DNA of 64,000 nucleotides from a virus (Duplodnaviria; Heunggongvirae; Uroviricota; Caudoviricetes), in IMG/VR virus record IMGVR_UViG_2529292913_000008; one strand, given 5' to 3'. The position numbers were made by a program, and so were the translations under genes. This document shows, piece after piece, positions 36,041-46,269 of this stretch; the stretch's first letter is position 1; each line of letters opens with the position of its first letter. Below the pieces are notes generated by a model. The model had not been told where the DNA came from. It made no database searches and saw only the letters and a program-made list of their open reading frames with translations.

Positions 36041-36067
36041 CGGTTCTCATCAAGCAGTGGTATTGAT

Positions 36068-36595
36068 ATGCAAGAAGAGAAACAACACTACCTCTACGTT
36101 CTGGTGCCGGAGAACGGAGATACTTTTAAAATCGGCATTTCATGTGGTCCATTGGCACGGTTTAAAGGGCTACAAGTGAGTCCCGATTTTGCGCTTTCAC
36201 GGGTCTATCGTGGTACGCGTTTGGCAATGGTTAATCTTGAGCGGGCTTTACACGCAACCTTTTTCCCCTGGAATGCGCCGTGGGAGAAAAGCGCAGGTGG
36301 CGGGCATACTGAATGGTTTACACGAGAGTGTCTTGATAAGGTTTTGGCTCATATCGAATATCTAAATGATATGTGGGGAGGGATTCTCGAGCGCATTAAG
36401 TCGAATGATTTACTTCAGCGTCCAGTAGATGCTGCTTGCTCTTTCGAAAAAGAGCTGGATGTTACTTCTATCGTGACTTTCAAAGATGACGCAGGAATGA
36501 GGGACGTGGCTTATGTCTCCATATCTGGCTATGAACCGGACGCGATCCGCGCTCAGTGTGAATTGCTGAAAGCAATGTTTATGCTTCGGACTTAA
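36068..36595 (+). CDS. T5orf172/GIY-YIG-like domain protein
   Basis: N-terminal YLYVLVPENGDTFKIGIS...RF pattern. Confidence 0.45.
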   Translation: MQEEKQHYLYVLVPENGDTFKIGISCGPLARFKGLQVSPDFALSRVYRGTRLAMVNLERALHATFFPWNAPWEKSAGGGHTEWFTRECLDKVLAHIEYLNDMWGGILERIKSNDLLQRPVDAACSFEKELDVTSIVTFKDDAGMRDVAYVSISGYEPDAIRAQCELLKAMFMLRT

Positions 36596-36616
36596 TATCC
36601 CTGGGATACAGGGCGG

Positions 36617-36877
36617 GTGTGCTTCCCTATGGAAGAGTTAACCGCCACCATTGATTCCCAGCTTTACCACGATAATCCAGAGAAGTTTTTTAGCCTTTTA
36701 GCCGGTAATGGGCTTAACTGTGTGTCCGGGCTGGGGCGAAGTAGAATCCAACATGCCTCGCTCTTCGGTCCCATCTTTTACGATCGACATGGGTACTTTG
36801 AGGCTGAACTTCCGGCGCTTACGCGTGCTATAGATACTATCGATTTCGAACGATTATTCGCTGCTCTTAGCAAATAA
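36617..36877 (+). CDS. hypothetical protein (86 aa)
   Basis: ORF followed by terminator GCCCC-TGAAC-GGGGC-T6 (36885-36905). Confidence 0.4.
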   Translation: MCFPMEELTATIDSQLYHDNPEKFFSLLAGNGLNCVSGLGRSRIQHASLFGPIFYDRHGYFEAELPALTRAIDTIDFERLFAALSK

Positions 36878-37045
36878 CACTGATGCCCCTGAACGGGGCT
36901 TTTTTGTGCCCTCCTTGTAACTCTCAATCGTGCAAAATGAACCAAACACGCAGAGAATGCTATGTACAAGCATCTACGCATACATTATTATTTTATGCAG
37001 CTTTTTTAATTAAATTCAAAAATACAGCATAAAGGATGACTTTCG

Positions 37046-38242
37046 ATGAGTGATTCCAGCCAGCTTCACAAGGTTGCTCAAAGAGCAAATAGAATGCTCA
37101 ATGTTCTGACTGAACAAGTACAGTTGCAAAAGGATGAGCTACACGCGAACGAGTTTTACCAGGTCTATGCGAAAGCGGCACTGGCAAAATTGCCTCTACT
37201 GACTCGAGCGAACGTTGACTATGCTGTAAGTGAAATGGAAGAAAAGGGTTATGTTTTCGATAAGCGCCCTGCTGGCTCTTCAATGAAATATGCGATGTCA
37301 ATTCAGAACATCATTGACATATATGAACATCGCGGAGTGCCAAAATACCGGGATCGCTACAGCGAAGCGTATGTGATTTTCATCTCCAATCTTAAAGGCG
37401 GTGTGTCAAAAACTGTATCGACGGTTTCTCTGGCGCATGCAATGCGTGCTCACCCTCATCTTCTGATGGAAGATTTAAGGATTCTGGTTATTGACCTTGA
37501 TCCGCAATCTTCAGCAACGATGTTTTTAAGCCATAAACACTCTATTGGTATCGTAAACGCAACATCTGCACAGGCTATGTTGCAGAATGTAAGCCGTGAA
37601 GAGCTGTTAGAGGAGTTTATTGTTCCTTCTGTTGTACCTGGGGTTGACGTTATGCCTGCGTCGATTGACGATGCCTTTATTGCATCCGATTGGAGAGAGC
37701 TGTGCAATGAGCATCTACCGGGTCAGAACATCCATGCTGTCCTGAAAGAAAATGTGATTGATAAGCTGAAGAGCGATTATGATTTTATCCTCGTTGATAG
37801 TGGTCCTCACCTTGACGCCTTCCTGAAAAATGCTTTGGCCTCGGCCAATATACTGTTTACACCTCTGCCGCCAGCAACTGTCGATTTCCACTCATCGCTT
37901 AAATACGTTGCCCGCCTTCCTGAGTTGGTGAAACTCATTTCGGATGAAGGCTGCGAGTGCCAGCTTGCGACTAACATTGGTTTTATGTCCAAGTTGAGTA
38001 ACAAGGCAGATCATAAGTATTGCCATAGCCTGGCTAAAGAAGTGTTCGGTGGGGATATGCTCGATGTCGTCCTCCCTCGCCTTGACGGTTTTGAACGTTG
38101 CGGCGAGTCTTTTGACACTGTTATTTCAGCTAACCCGGCAACGTATGTTGGTAGTGCTGATGCATTGAAGAACGCGCGAATTGCCGCGGAAGATTTTGCT
38201 AAAGCAGTTTTTGACCGTATTGAATTTATCAGATCTAACTGA
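37046..38242 (+). CDS. parA: partition ATPase ParA (type Ia with N-terminal DNA-binding extension)
   Basis: 398 aa; deviant Walker A KGGVSKT. Confidence 0.92.
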   Translation: MSDSSQLHKVAQRANRMLNVLTEQVQLQKDELHANEFYQVYAKAALAKLPLLTRANVDYAVSEMEEKGYVFDKRPAGSSMKYAMSIQNIIDIYEHRGVPKYRDRYSEAYVIFISNLKGGVSKTVSTVSLAHAMRAHPHLLMEDLRILVIDLDPQSSATMFLSHKHSIGIVNATSAQAMLQNVSREELLEEFIVPSVVPGVDVMPASIDDAFIASDWRELCNEHLPGQNIHAVLKENVIDKLKSDYDFILVDSGPHLDAFLKNALASANILFTPLPPATVDFHSSLKYVARLPELVKLISDEGCECQLATNIGFMSKLSNKADHKYCHSLAKEVFGGDMLDVVLPRLDGFERCGESFDTVISANPATYVGSADALKNARIAAEDFAKAVFDRIEFIRSN

Positions 38243-38258
38243 GGAGTAAGAAACCCCC

Positions 38259-39260
38259 ATGTCAAAGAAAAACAGACCAACAATTGGGCGAACCCTTAAT
38301 CCTTCAATATTAAGCGGATTTGATAGTTCTTCAGCCTCTGGCGATCGAGTCGAGCAGGTATTCAAGTTATCAACTGGTCGCCAGGCCACATTTATTGAAG
38401 AGGTAATACCTCCGAACCAGGTAGAAAGCGATACCTTTGTTGATCAGCATAACAACGGGCGTGACCAGGCATCTCTTACGCCAAAATCATTAAAAAGTAT
38501 CCGAAGCACTATTAAGCATCAGCAATTTTACCCTGCAATAGGTGTTAGACGGGCAACAGGGAAAATTGAAATTTTGGATGGTTCCCGGCGTCGAGCTTCT
38601 GCCATCTTAGAGAACGTAGGGTTGCGGGTTTTAGTCACGGACCAGGAGATCAGCGTTCAGGAAGCGCTAAATTTAGCGAAAGACGTTCAGACAGCATTGC
38701 AGCACAGCATTCGAGAAATAGGTCTGCGTTTGATGCGAATGAAAAATGATGGGATGAGTCAGAAGGATATTGCAGCCAAAGAAGGGCTGTCTCAGGCGAA
38801 GGTCACGCGTGCTCTCCAGGCAGCGAGTGCTCCGGAAGAATTAGTCGCCCTTTTCCCTGTGCAGTCGGAATTAACCTTTTCGGACTACAAAACGCTTTGT
38901 GCTGTTGGCGACGAAATGGGGAACAAGAATTTAGAGTTTGATCAGCTTATTCAAAATATATCCCCGGAAATAAACGACATCTTATCCATTGAAGAAATGG
39001 CCGAAGATGAAGTTAAAAATAAAATCCTGCGCTTGATAACAAAGGAAGCCTCACTACTCACGGATAAAGGTTCTAAAGATAAGTCCGTAGTTACTGAATT
39101 ATGGAAATTTGAGGACAAGGATCGCTTTGCAAGGAAGCGCGTGAAAGGCCGTGCATTTTCTTATGAGTTTAATCGACTTTCAAAAGAGCTACAGGAAGAA
39201 CTCGACAGGATGATTGGGCATATCCTTAGAAAGAGCCTCGATAAAAAGCCGAAGCCTTAA
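38259..39260 (+). CDS. parB: partition protein ParB
   Basis: 333 aa; ParB fold, downstream of parA, followed by parS-like site. Confidence 0.9.
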   Translation: MSKKNRPTIGRTLNPSILSGFDSSSASGDRVEQVFKLSTGRQATFIEEVIPPNQVESDTFVDQHNNGRDQASLTPKSLKSIRSTIKHQQFYPAIGVRRATGKIEILDGSRRRASAILENVGLRVLVTDQEISVQEALNLAKDVQTALQHSIREIGLRLMRMKNDGMSQKDIAAKEGLSQAKVTRALQAASAPEELVALFPVQSELTFSDYKTLCAVGDEMGNKNLEFDQLIQNISPEINDILSIEEMAEDEVKNKILRLITKEASLLTDKGSKDKSVVTELWKFEDKDRFARKRVKGRAFSYEFNRLSKELQEELDRMIGHILRKSLDKKPKP

Positions 39261-39261
39261 A

Positions 39262-39350
39262 CTTTCGCCATTCAAATTTCACTATTAAACTACTGTTTTT
39301 AAAGTAAATCCCTCTAAAATTTCAAGGTGAAATCGCCACGACTTCACCTT
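39262..39350 (+). promoter_or_regulatory. parS-like centromere: heptamer ATTTCAC and hexamer TCGCCA boxes flanking an AT-rich segment
   Basis: TCGCCA at 39264 and 39333; ATTTCAC at 39276; GTGAAATCGCCACGACTTCACC at 39327-39348. Confidence 0.7.
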
Positions 39351-39463
39351 GGATTTTACCTTCCTCCCCTACTCCCGAAAAAATAAAAAAATTGCTTGTC
39401 ACGAGAAAGTCAACAAGTGACTTTCAATAAAATCTCTTCCGAAAAGGGATTCACACAAGTGCC

Positions 39464-41191
39464 TTGTGTTTAAGGAAGAGTAAATTGAGTAACTTACGCG
39501 AATACCAGAATCGTATTGCAGATATCGCAAAACGCTCTAAAGCTGTGCTTGGCTGGGCAAGCACTGCGCAGTTCGGTACTGATAACCAATTCATTAAAGA
39601 TGATGCCGCGCGTGCCGCATCTATCCTTGAAGCTGCACGTAAAGACCCGGTTTTTGCGGGTATCTCTGATAATGCCACCGCTCAAATCGCTACAGCGTGG
39701 GCAAGTGCACTGGCTGACTACGCCGCAGCACATAAATCTATGCCGCGTCCGGAAATTCTGGCCTCCTGCCACCAGACGCTGGAAAACTGCCTGATTGAGT
39801 CCACCCGCAATAGCATGGATGCCACTAATAAAGCGATGCTGGAATCCGTCGCAGCAGAGATGATGAGCGTTTCTGACGGTGTTATGCGTCTGCCTTTATT
39901 CCTCGCGATGATCCTGCCTGTTCAGTTGGGGGCAGCTACCGCTGATGCGTGTACCTTCATTCCGGTTACGCGTGACCAGTCCGACATCTATGAAGTCTTT
40001 AACGTGGCAGGTTCCTCTTTTGGTTCTTATGCTGCTGGTGATGTTCTGGACATGCAATCCGTCGGTGTGTACAGCCAGTTACGTCGCCGCTATGTGCTGG
40101 TGGCAAGCTCCGATGGCACCAGCAAAACCGCAACCTTCAAGATGGAAGACTTCGAAGGCCAGAATGTACCAATCCGAAAAGGTCGTACTAACATCTACGT
40201 TAACCGTATTAAGTCTGTTGTTGATAACGGTTCCGGCAGCCTACTTCACTCGTTTACTAATGCTGCTGGTGAGCAAATCACTGTTACCTGCTCTCTGAAC
40301 TACAACATTGGTCAGATTGCCCTGTCGTTCTCCAAAGCGCCGGATAAAGGCACTGAGATCGCAATTGAGACGGAAATCAATATTGAAGCCGCTCCTGAGC
40401 TGATCCCGCTGATCAACCACGAAATGAAGAAATACACCCTGTTCCCAAGCCAGTTCGTTATCGCGGCTGAGCACACGGTACAGGCGGCGTATGAAGCACA
40501 GCGTGAATTTGGTCTGGACCTGGGTTCCCTACAGTTCCGCACCCTGAAGGAATACCTGTCTCATGAACAGGATATGCTGCGTCTTCGCATCATGATCTGG
40601 CGTACTCTTGCGACCGACACCTTTGACATCGCTCTGCCGGTTAACCAGTCCTTTGATGTATGGGCAACCATCATTCGTGGCAAATTCCAGACTGTATATC
40701 GCGACATTATTGAGCGCGTTAAATCTTCTGGTGCGATGGGGATGTTTGCTGGTGCTGATGCAGCATCTTTCTTCAAACAGTTGCCGAAGGATTTCTTCCA
40801 GCCAGCCGAAGACTATATCCAGACTCCGTATGTTCACTACATCGGTACCCTGTTCGGTAACGTGAAAGTGTACGAAGTACCTGCTGGTATTTGTAAGAAC
40901 TTAACGACAGAGAACATTCAGTTCAGCTCGATGGATGTGCTGTGCTACGTCCGTGATGAAAATCCGGGTAAAGCAGGCTTCGTGACTGGTGATGCTGTCC
41001 CGGCCATCCCGTTCCAGCATCCGACCACTCCGGCGCTGGTCAACCGTACCACGCTGTGGGGTTCGGCTATCAACGATATGCACCCACGCAACGGCGCTGA
41101 TTACTTCACTCGTGTAACGCTGACAATGGCCAAAAAAGGCGGGCTTAACTTCATTAGCGGCGACACGATTGATGCCGGTGACTCTGAGTAA
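39464..41191 (+). CDS. phage structural protein, probably major head protein
   Basis: large ORF adjacent to par locus; start uncertain (ATG 39464 or TTG 39485 after AAGGAAG). Confidence 0.55.
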   Translation: MCLRKSKLSNLREYQNRIADIAKRSKAVLGWASTAQFGTDNQFIKDDAARAASILEAARKDPVFAGISDNATAQIATAWASALADYAAAHKSMPRPEILASCHQTLENCLIESTRNSMDATNKAMLESVAAEMMSVSDGVMRLPLFLAMILPVQLGAATADACTFIPVTRDQSDIYEVFNVAGSSFGSYAAGDVLDMQSVGVYSQLRRRYVLVASSDGTSKTATFKMEDFEGQNVPIRKGRTNIYVNRIKSVVDNGSGSLLHSFTNAAGEQITVTCSLNYNIGQIALSFSKAPDKGTEIAIETEINIEAAPELIPLINHEMKKYTLFPSQFVIAAEHTVQAAYEAQREFGLDLGSLQFRTLKEYLSHEQDMLRLRIMIWRTLATDTFDIALPVNQSFDVWATIIRGKFQTVYRDIIERVKSSGAMGMFAGADAASFFKQLPKDFFQPAEDYIQTPYVHYIGTLFGNVKVYEVPAGICKNLTTENIQFSSMDVLCYVRDENPGKAGFVTGDAVPAIPFQHPTTPALVNRTTLWGSAINDMHPRNGADYFTRVTLTMAKKGGLNFISGDTIDAGDSE

Positions 41192-41251
41192 TCAGGGGAA
41201 GTTCTCCGTTTAACATAGCGCCCCCGTGCGGGGCGCATAACAGGGAAAGTT

Positions 41252-42841
41252 ATGTCTCAATATTCAATTCAACAGTCATTAGGTAATGCATCCGGCGTCG
41301 CGGTTAGCCCGATCAATGCCGATGCGACGTTATCTACCGGTGTTGCATTAAATAGCAGCTTGTGGGCTGGTATTGGCGTATTTGCGCGTGGCAAGCCGTT
41401 TACTGTTCTTGCGGTTACTGAGTCCAATTACGAAGATGTTCTCGGCGAACCGCTGAAGCCGTCTTCCGGCCCACAGTTCGAACCAATTCGCCATGTATAC
41501 GAAGCTATTCAGCAAACGTCTGGTTATGTTGTCCGTGCTGTTCCGGATGATGCGAAGTTCCCGATTATTATGTTCGATGAATCAGGCGAACCGGCTTACA
41601 GTGCGTTGCCATACGGTTCTGAAATTGAACTTGATAGCGGCGAAGCCTTTGCTATCTACGTTGATGATGGTGATCCGTGTATTTCACCTACCCGTGAGTT
41701 AACCATCGAAACGGCAACAGCGGACAGCGCGAGTAATGAACGCTTCATCTTAAAACTGACCCAGACGACTTCGCTTGGTGTGGTAACGACCCTGGAGACA
41801 CACACTGTGTCTTTGGCGGAAGAAGCGAAAGATGACATGGGCCGCTTGTGTTATCTGCCTACGGCTCTGGAAGCTCGTTCTAAATATCTGCGCGCGGTTG
41901 TTAATGAAGATCTGATTTCTACAGCGAAAGTAACAAACAAAAAATCGTTGGCGTTCACTGGTGGTACCAACGGTGATCAGTCGAAAATCTCAACCGCTGC
42001 GTACCTGCGTGCGGTGAAAGTGCTGAACAATGCGCCGTACATGTACACCGCTGTTCTTGGCCTGGGCTGCTATGACAATGCGGCTATCACCGCATTAGGT
42101 AAAATCTGTGCAGATCGCCTGATTGATGGCTTCTTTGATGTCAAACCGACATTAAGGTACGCAGAAGCACTAACAGCTGTTGAGGGTACCGGTTTACTTG
42201 GTACCGATTATGTAAGCTGTTCTGTCTATCACTACCCGTTCTCCTGCAAAGACAAATGGACCCAATCCCGTGTGGTCTTTGGTCTGTCTGGCGTGGCGTA
42301 TGCGGCGAAAGCTCATGGCGTCAAGAAAAACTCTGATGTCGGCGGTTGGCATTACTCACCGGCTGGTGAAGAACGTGCCGTCATTGCTCGTGCGTCAATT
42401 CAACCGCTGTATCCGGAAGATACCCCGGACGAAGAAGCAATGGTCAAGGGCCGTCTCAATAAAGTATCTGTTGGCACCTCTGGCCAGATGATCATCGACG
42501 ATGCTTTAACTTGCTGCACGCAGGATAACTATCTGCACTTCCAGCACGTCCCATCCCTGATGAATGCAATCAGCCGTTTCTTTGTCCAGTTAGCCCGACA
42601 GATGAAGCATAGCCCGGACGGTATTACTGCGGCTGGCCTGACTAAAGGGATGACCAAACTTTTAGATCGCTTTGTCGCCTCCGGCGCTCTGGTGGCTCCT
42701 CGTGATCCCGATGCTGACGGTACAGAACCGTATGTGCTGAAAGTTACGCAGGCGGAATTCGATAAATGGGAAGTAGTCTGGGCCTGCTGCCCGACTGGCG
42801 TAGCCCGTCGTATCCAGGGCGTACCGCTGCTTATTAAGTAA
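41252..42841 (+). CDS. phage structural protein (possibly tail sheath-like)
   Basis: 529 aa ORF following the putative head gene; assignment by position only. Confidence 0.45.
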   Translation: MSQYSIQQSLGNASGVAVSPINADATLSTGVALNSSLWAGIGVFARGKPFTVLAVTESNYEDVLGEPLKPSSGPQFEPIRHVYEAIQQTSGYVVRAVPDDAKFPIIMFDESGEPAYSALPYGSEIELDSGEAFAIYVDDGDPCISPTRELTIETATADSASNERFILKLTQTTSLGVVTTLETHTVSLAEEAKDDMGRLCYLPTALEARSKYLRAVVNEDLISTAKVTNKKSLAFTGGTNGDQSKISTAAYLRAVKVLNNAPYMYTAVLGLGCYDNAAITALGKICADRLIDGFFDVKPTLRYAEALTAVEGTGLLGTDYVSCSVYHYPFSCKDKWTQSRVVFGLSGVAYAAKAHGVKKNSDVGGWHYSPAGEERAVIARASIQPLYPEDTPDEEAMVKGRLNKVSVGTSGQMIIDDALTCCTQDNYLHFQHVPSLMNAISRFFVQLARQMKHSPDGITAAGLTKGMTKLLDRFVASGALVAPRDPDADGTEPYVLKVTQAEFDKWEVVWACCPTGVARRIQGVPLLIK

Positions 42842-42850
42842 GGGAATACA

Positions 42851-43666
42851 ATGAGCAAAAACTTTTTTCAATCCGGGGCATTTTTGGGGAATGGACTGTC
42901 CCGTTTCGCTTTGAACTCTGATCCTGTGCAGCTGATGGAGTCTGCCCGAGCAAGCGCCGAACCGCCAACAGATCCGGTTATTAATAATAATCCGGAACCG
43001 GCGGCACAGACTAACGATAATGTTCCATCTGATCCGGCTCCTGAGCAAATCCTGGAAGGGAAAGATGGTAAAGAATGGACCGTCGAACAGGCGCACCAGA
43101 TGATTCTGGAAGCTGCAAATCGAAGTGCTATGCAGAATGCGTTGAGTGATGCGGCCGACGCCGTTTTCTCCTGGGCTGATAGCGGTGATCTGACTTTCGA
43201 CTCCCTTGATGGTTTCGTTCAGGCTATCGCTGGTATCTCTGATGACGACGACTCCGAAGTTACAGAAGAACAGGACGATGCCTATAACGAAGCATGGGCA
43301 AATGTTGCTGACTTCCTCGCAGCATGCGGTGTAGATGATGACCTGATCGAAGCACTGGCTGACGATGAAGACGACGACGCTGCTGCTGATGTTGGTGCCT
43401 CTATCGCTGGTTTAGATAGCGACGACCGCGACGAACTGGAAGCGGCGTTTGTTGTTGCTGGCACTTCTGATGAAATGCTGACTGAAGCATTTAAGAAGGT
43501 TGTTCGTAACGGTGAGATCAAACTCATCCGTAAACGCCTGCGTAAAAAACGTCTGACTGCGGCTCAAAAATCGGCGCTGAAAAAAGCGCGTCGAAAAGCC
43601 CAGACCGGCGCGGCAAAACTTGCCCGCAAAAAGTCAATGAAACTGCGCCGTAAGCGCCTTGGCTAA
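42851..43666 (+). CDS. highly acidic protein with basic C-terminal tail
   Basis: 271 aa; D/E-rich body, K/R-rich last 50 aa. Confidence 0.55.
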   Translation: MSKNFFQSGAFLGNGLSRFALNSDPVQLMESARASAEPPTDPVINNNPEPAAQTNDNVPSDPAPEQILEGKDGKEWTVEQAHQMILEAANRSAMQNALSDAADAVFSWADSGDLTFDSLDGFVQAIAGISDDDDSEVTEEQDDAYNEAWANVADFLAACGVDDDLIEALADDEDDDAAADVGASIAGLDSDDRDELEAAFVVAGTSDEMLTEAFKKVVRNGEIKLIRKRLRKKRLTAAQKSALKKARRKAQTGAAKLARKKSMKLRRKRLG

Positions 43667-43701
43667 AGGAGGAGGCCGGAGAACTCCGGCCTTTAACTTG
43701 A

Positions 43702-44283
43702 ATGGCACCTATACCTTATGGGGTTTACAGCCAGGCTGACGGTGTATCGCCATTTCTGAAAGTTACTTTAACGAACTCTCAGTACCAGGTTACCGGATAT
43801 ATCAGCCAGGGGGCAGCAATGAACATGGCCCAGAATTGGGAAGCGCCGTTTACCGGTATGTCCATGGGGTCTGTTGCTGGTGCTTTCAGTGGTTTTGCGC
43901 AGGTTGGTACTGAAACAACGTCGGTGGCCCGTTGGAACAGCTTAATGGTTTGGGAGGGGGGAACACCGCCGACTTTCACGCTGCCAGTAACTTTCATCGC
44001 TTTGTTTGACCCATTCACGGAGGTTTCAGGAGCTATCGCCGCATTGTCAGCGATGATTAGCCCGGAACTTAAAGATGCCAGCATTGGTGGTCGAATCCCG
44101 GAGCGTGTGACGCTAAACATTGGTCGCCGGATCAACATCATTGATGTCGCTATCCAGGACATAAGTTTCGATCTCGATGCGCCCAGGGACAGCAATGGGC
44201 ATTTCCTGAAAAACACCGTCAACCTCCAGTTGACCGGTTCTTCGATATATAATAGCTCCGATATTGTTCGGGCGTTCCAGTAA
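43702..44283 (+). CDS. hypothetical phage structural protein
   Basis: 193 aa ORF in operon. Confidence 0.55.
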   Translation: MAPIPYGVYSQADGVSPFLKVTLTNSQYQVTGYISQGAAMNMAQNWEAPFTGMSMGSVAGAFSGFAQVGTETTSVARWNSLMVWEGGTPPTFTLPVTFIALFDPFTEVSGAIAALSAMISPELKDASIGGRIPERVTLNIGRRINIIDVAIQDISFDLDAPRDSNGHFLKNTVNLQLTGSSIYNSSDIVRAFQ

Positions 44284-44294
44284 AAGGATTTTAT

Positions 44295-44804
44295 ATGGGG
44301 CACAATAACACTAAGGGAAACCGTAAATTTATTAAGGGCCGCTATACTGCCAACGCGGCCAAAGGCGAACGACTGGTATCTTCTGAATTCCAGCTCACTT
44401 TTGCAGGCCATGAAGATATCAGCGTACTGGTTCGCACGTCGCAAATTCCTGAAATGACCCGCGAGGATGTGGAGGACTATGGTCCGAATGGTGTGAAGTT
44501 CAACCAGCACGGTCCAATCCGTAACTCCGGGGAAATCCAGGTCCAGTGCGTGGAGACTATCGAAGGCGATATTCTTCAGTTCATTAAAGATCGCATTGCG
44601 GCGAAGGACTATGTTGATATCACGATGGCTGCTACCCCTGAATCCAAATCTTCCGGGGTTAACGCTGTGACAAAAGCTGCTACAACAATTGAAATGTTGG
44701 ACTGCAAAATCTACAGTGATGCAATCGACTTTAGTACCGAAGATGTGACTGCTGCTGTGCGCCCGTCACTTCGTATCGTCTACAACTGGATTGATTGGGA
44801 TTAA
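44295..44804 (+). CDS. hypothetical phage structural protein
   Basis: 169 aa ORF followed by terminator. Confidence 0.55.
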   Translation: MGHNNTKGNRKFIKGRYTANAAKGERLVSSEFQLTFAGHEDISVLVRTSQIPEMTREDVEDYGPNGVKFNQHGPIRNSGEIQVQCVETIEGDILQFIKDRIAAKDYVDITMAATPESKSSGVNAVTKAATTIEMLDCKIYSDAIDFSTEDVTAAVRPSLRIVYNWIDWD

Positions 44805-44822
44805 GAGTCATCCCTTGTATTT

Positions 44823-44849
44823 TAAAGCTCCTTCGGGAGCTTTTTTATT
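44823..44849. terminator. rho-independent terminator (bidirectional)
   Basis: AGCTCC-TTCG-GGAGCT-T5 flanked by an A-run. Confidence 0.75.
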
Positions 44850-44908
44850 TGGAGAGGAAAGGGTGCATTGAGGATACCTGACACACGAAGAGTGGCGGGG
44901 ATCTCTCC

Positions 44909-46247
44909 CATAAGCGCTAACTTAAGGGTTGAACCATCTGAAGAATGCGACGCCTCGGTGCCTCGTTAAGACGATGCCTCGCGTTCTTCAATTGCGTTTT
45001 GTAGGCTGTCAGGGATACTGTCCCACGAATGGCCACCTGTAAGCTCCAGATGACCATTTTTGTTATTCTCCACAACGAGTTAGTTCTTCTTTTCGGATCC
45101 GGCACTTCTGGGGGGGAAATCCAGCGATGGCTGGATTATGTCGTCAATTAAAAATGCGGCGAGTAGATTAGCAAATATCCACGCTTTCGCGAGTTCAGGT
45201 TCCTTTGCACGCAAAGCATCCAGGTGCAGCAAACTTTTGAGCCGCTTAAAAGCCAGTTCAATTTGCCATCGCAGACGGTAACAATCAGCCACTTGCTCTG
45301 CTGAATATTCATCTTCCGGTAATGATGTTAGCAATAGCACATGGCCCGCTGCTTCCAGCGTTTCCGCCTGAACTACTCGTCCTTTTCGACGATTCTCGCT
45401 GAGCAGTCGGGTTTTACTGATTAATGCTTTTTCGGGAGGAAGTGATACGGCAATGAGACGTGCCGGAAAGGGAGCTCCGGCTTTTTTATTACCTGAATTG
45501 CCTATCATTACAGTGGTTTCACCGTTCTTACCGCAATCCAGCCCGCGCAGAAAACCCATCATGTCAAAGCGCATTCCTTCTGCAGTTAACCAGCGCAATC
45601 CTCGCCAGTGAACCCGGACGATATAATCAGCTTCTCCAAAAGCAAGTGAGCGGATACATTCGGGACGCGAACCGAATCCCCGGTCAGCAATGCGTATCTC
45701 GTCTGCCGTTTGCGCAAATCGGTCCAGCCGTTCAGCGTCTCTGCTGTCGGTTAGCTCAAAATCAGTGAACTGACAGGTATGAGGATCATATCCCATATGT
45801 AGTCGCCATTCAGCGCTGCCGCCCCCGGGCGCACTGATTGCTGTTCCATCGACAAGACGCAATCTCTTTCCGCTTGTACAACCCGTAACTGCGGCGCGTA
45901 CAGCAAGTGTTTGTGCGGCAAGTATGCCAAACCAGTCGGCGGCATTCCGCAGCCGCTTCAGGAGAGCCACGTCAGATAATGTTGCAACGTCATGGAGCTG
46001 AGCCCATGCAGTGACTTCACGTAATGACATCCCCCCGGGGCCGTAAGCCAGCCCCAGACGTAGCAGAGTTGCAGCATCACGAATTTCGCGGCGGCGGGTT
46101 AGAGCCCCGGCATTACGTGCCGAAGTATCCAGTTCTTCGGGCTTACCAATATGGGCCAGAATTGCTGACCAGTTATCGTGAGAGTAATTCATCGGCACGT
46201 TAAATCATATCAGGCGTAATACCACAACCCTTAAGTTAGCGCTTATG
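44909..46247 (-). mobile_element. IS186 (IS4 family), complete 1339 bp, 10 bp target duplication GGATCTCTCC
   Basis: terminal inverted repeats CATAAGCGCTAACTTAAGGGTTG at both ends; duplication at 44899-44908 and 46248-46257; reconstructed target GGGGATCTCTCCCC. Confidence 0.92.
45080..46198 (-). CDS. IS186 transposase
   Basis: 372 aa, matches IS186 transposase as recalled (MNYSHDNWSAILAHIGKPEELD...). Confidence 0.92.
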   Translation of the reverse strand: MPMNYSHDNWSAILAHIGKPEELDTSARNAGALTRRREIRDAATLLRLGLAYGPGGMSLREVTAWAQLHDVATLSDVALLKRLRNAADWFGILAAQTLAVRAAVTGCTSGKRLRLVDGTAISAPGGGSAEWRLHMGYDPHTCQFTDFELTDSRDAERLDRFAQTADEIRIADRGFGSRPECIRSLAFGEADYIVRVHWRGLRWLTAEGMRFDMMGFLRGLDCGKNGETTVMIGNSGNKKAGAPFPARLIAVSLPPEKALISKTRLLSENRRKGRVVQAETLEAAGHVLLLTSLPEDEYSAEQVADCYRLRWQIELAFKRLKSLLHLDALRAKEPELAKAWIFANLLAAFLIDDIIQPSLDFPPRSAGSEKKN

Positions 46248-46269
46248 GGATCTCTCCCCGCCAGGTCTC

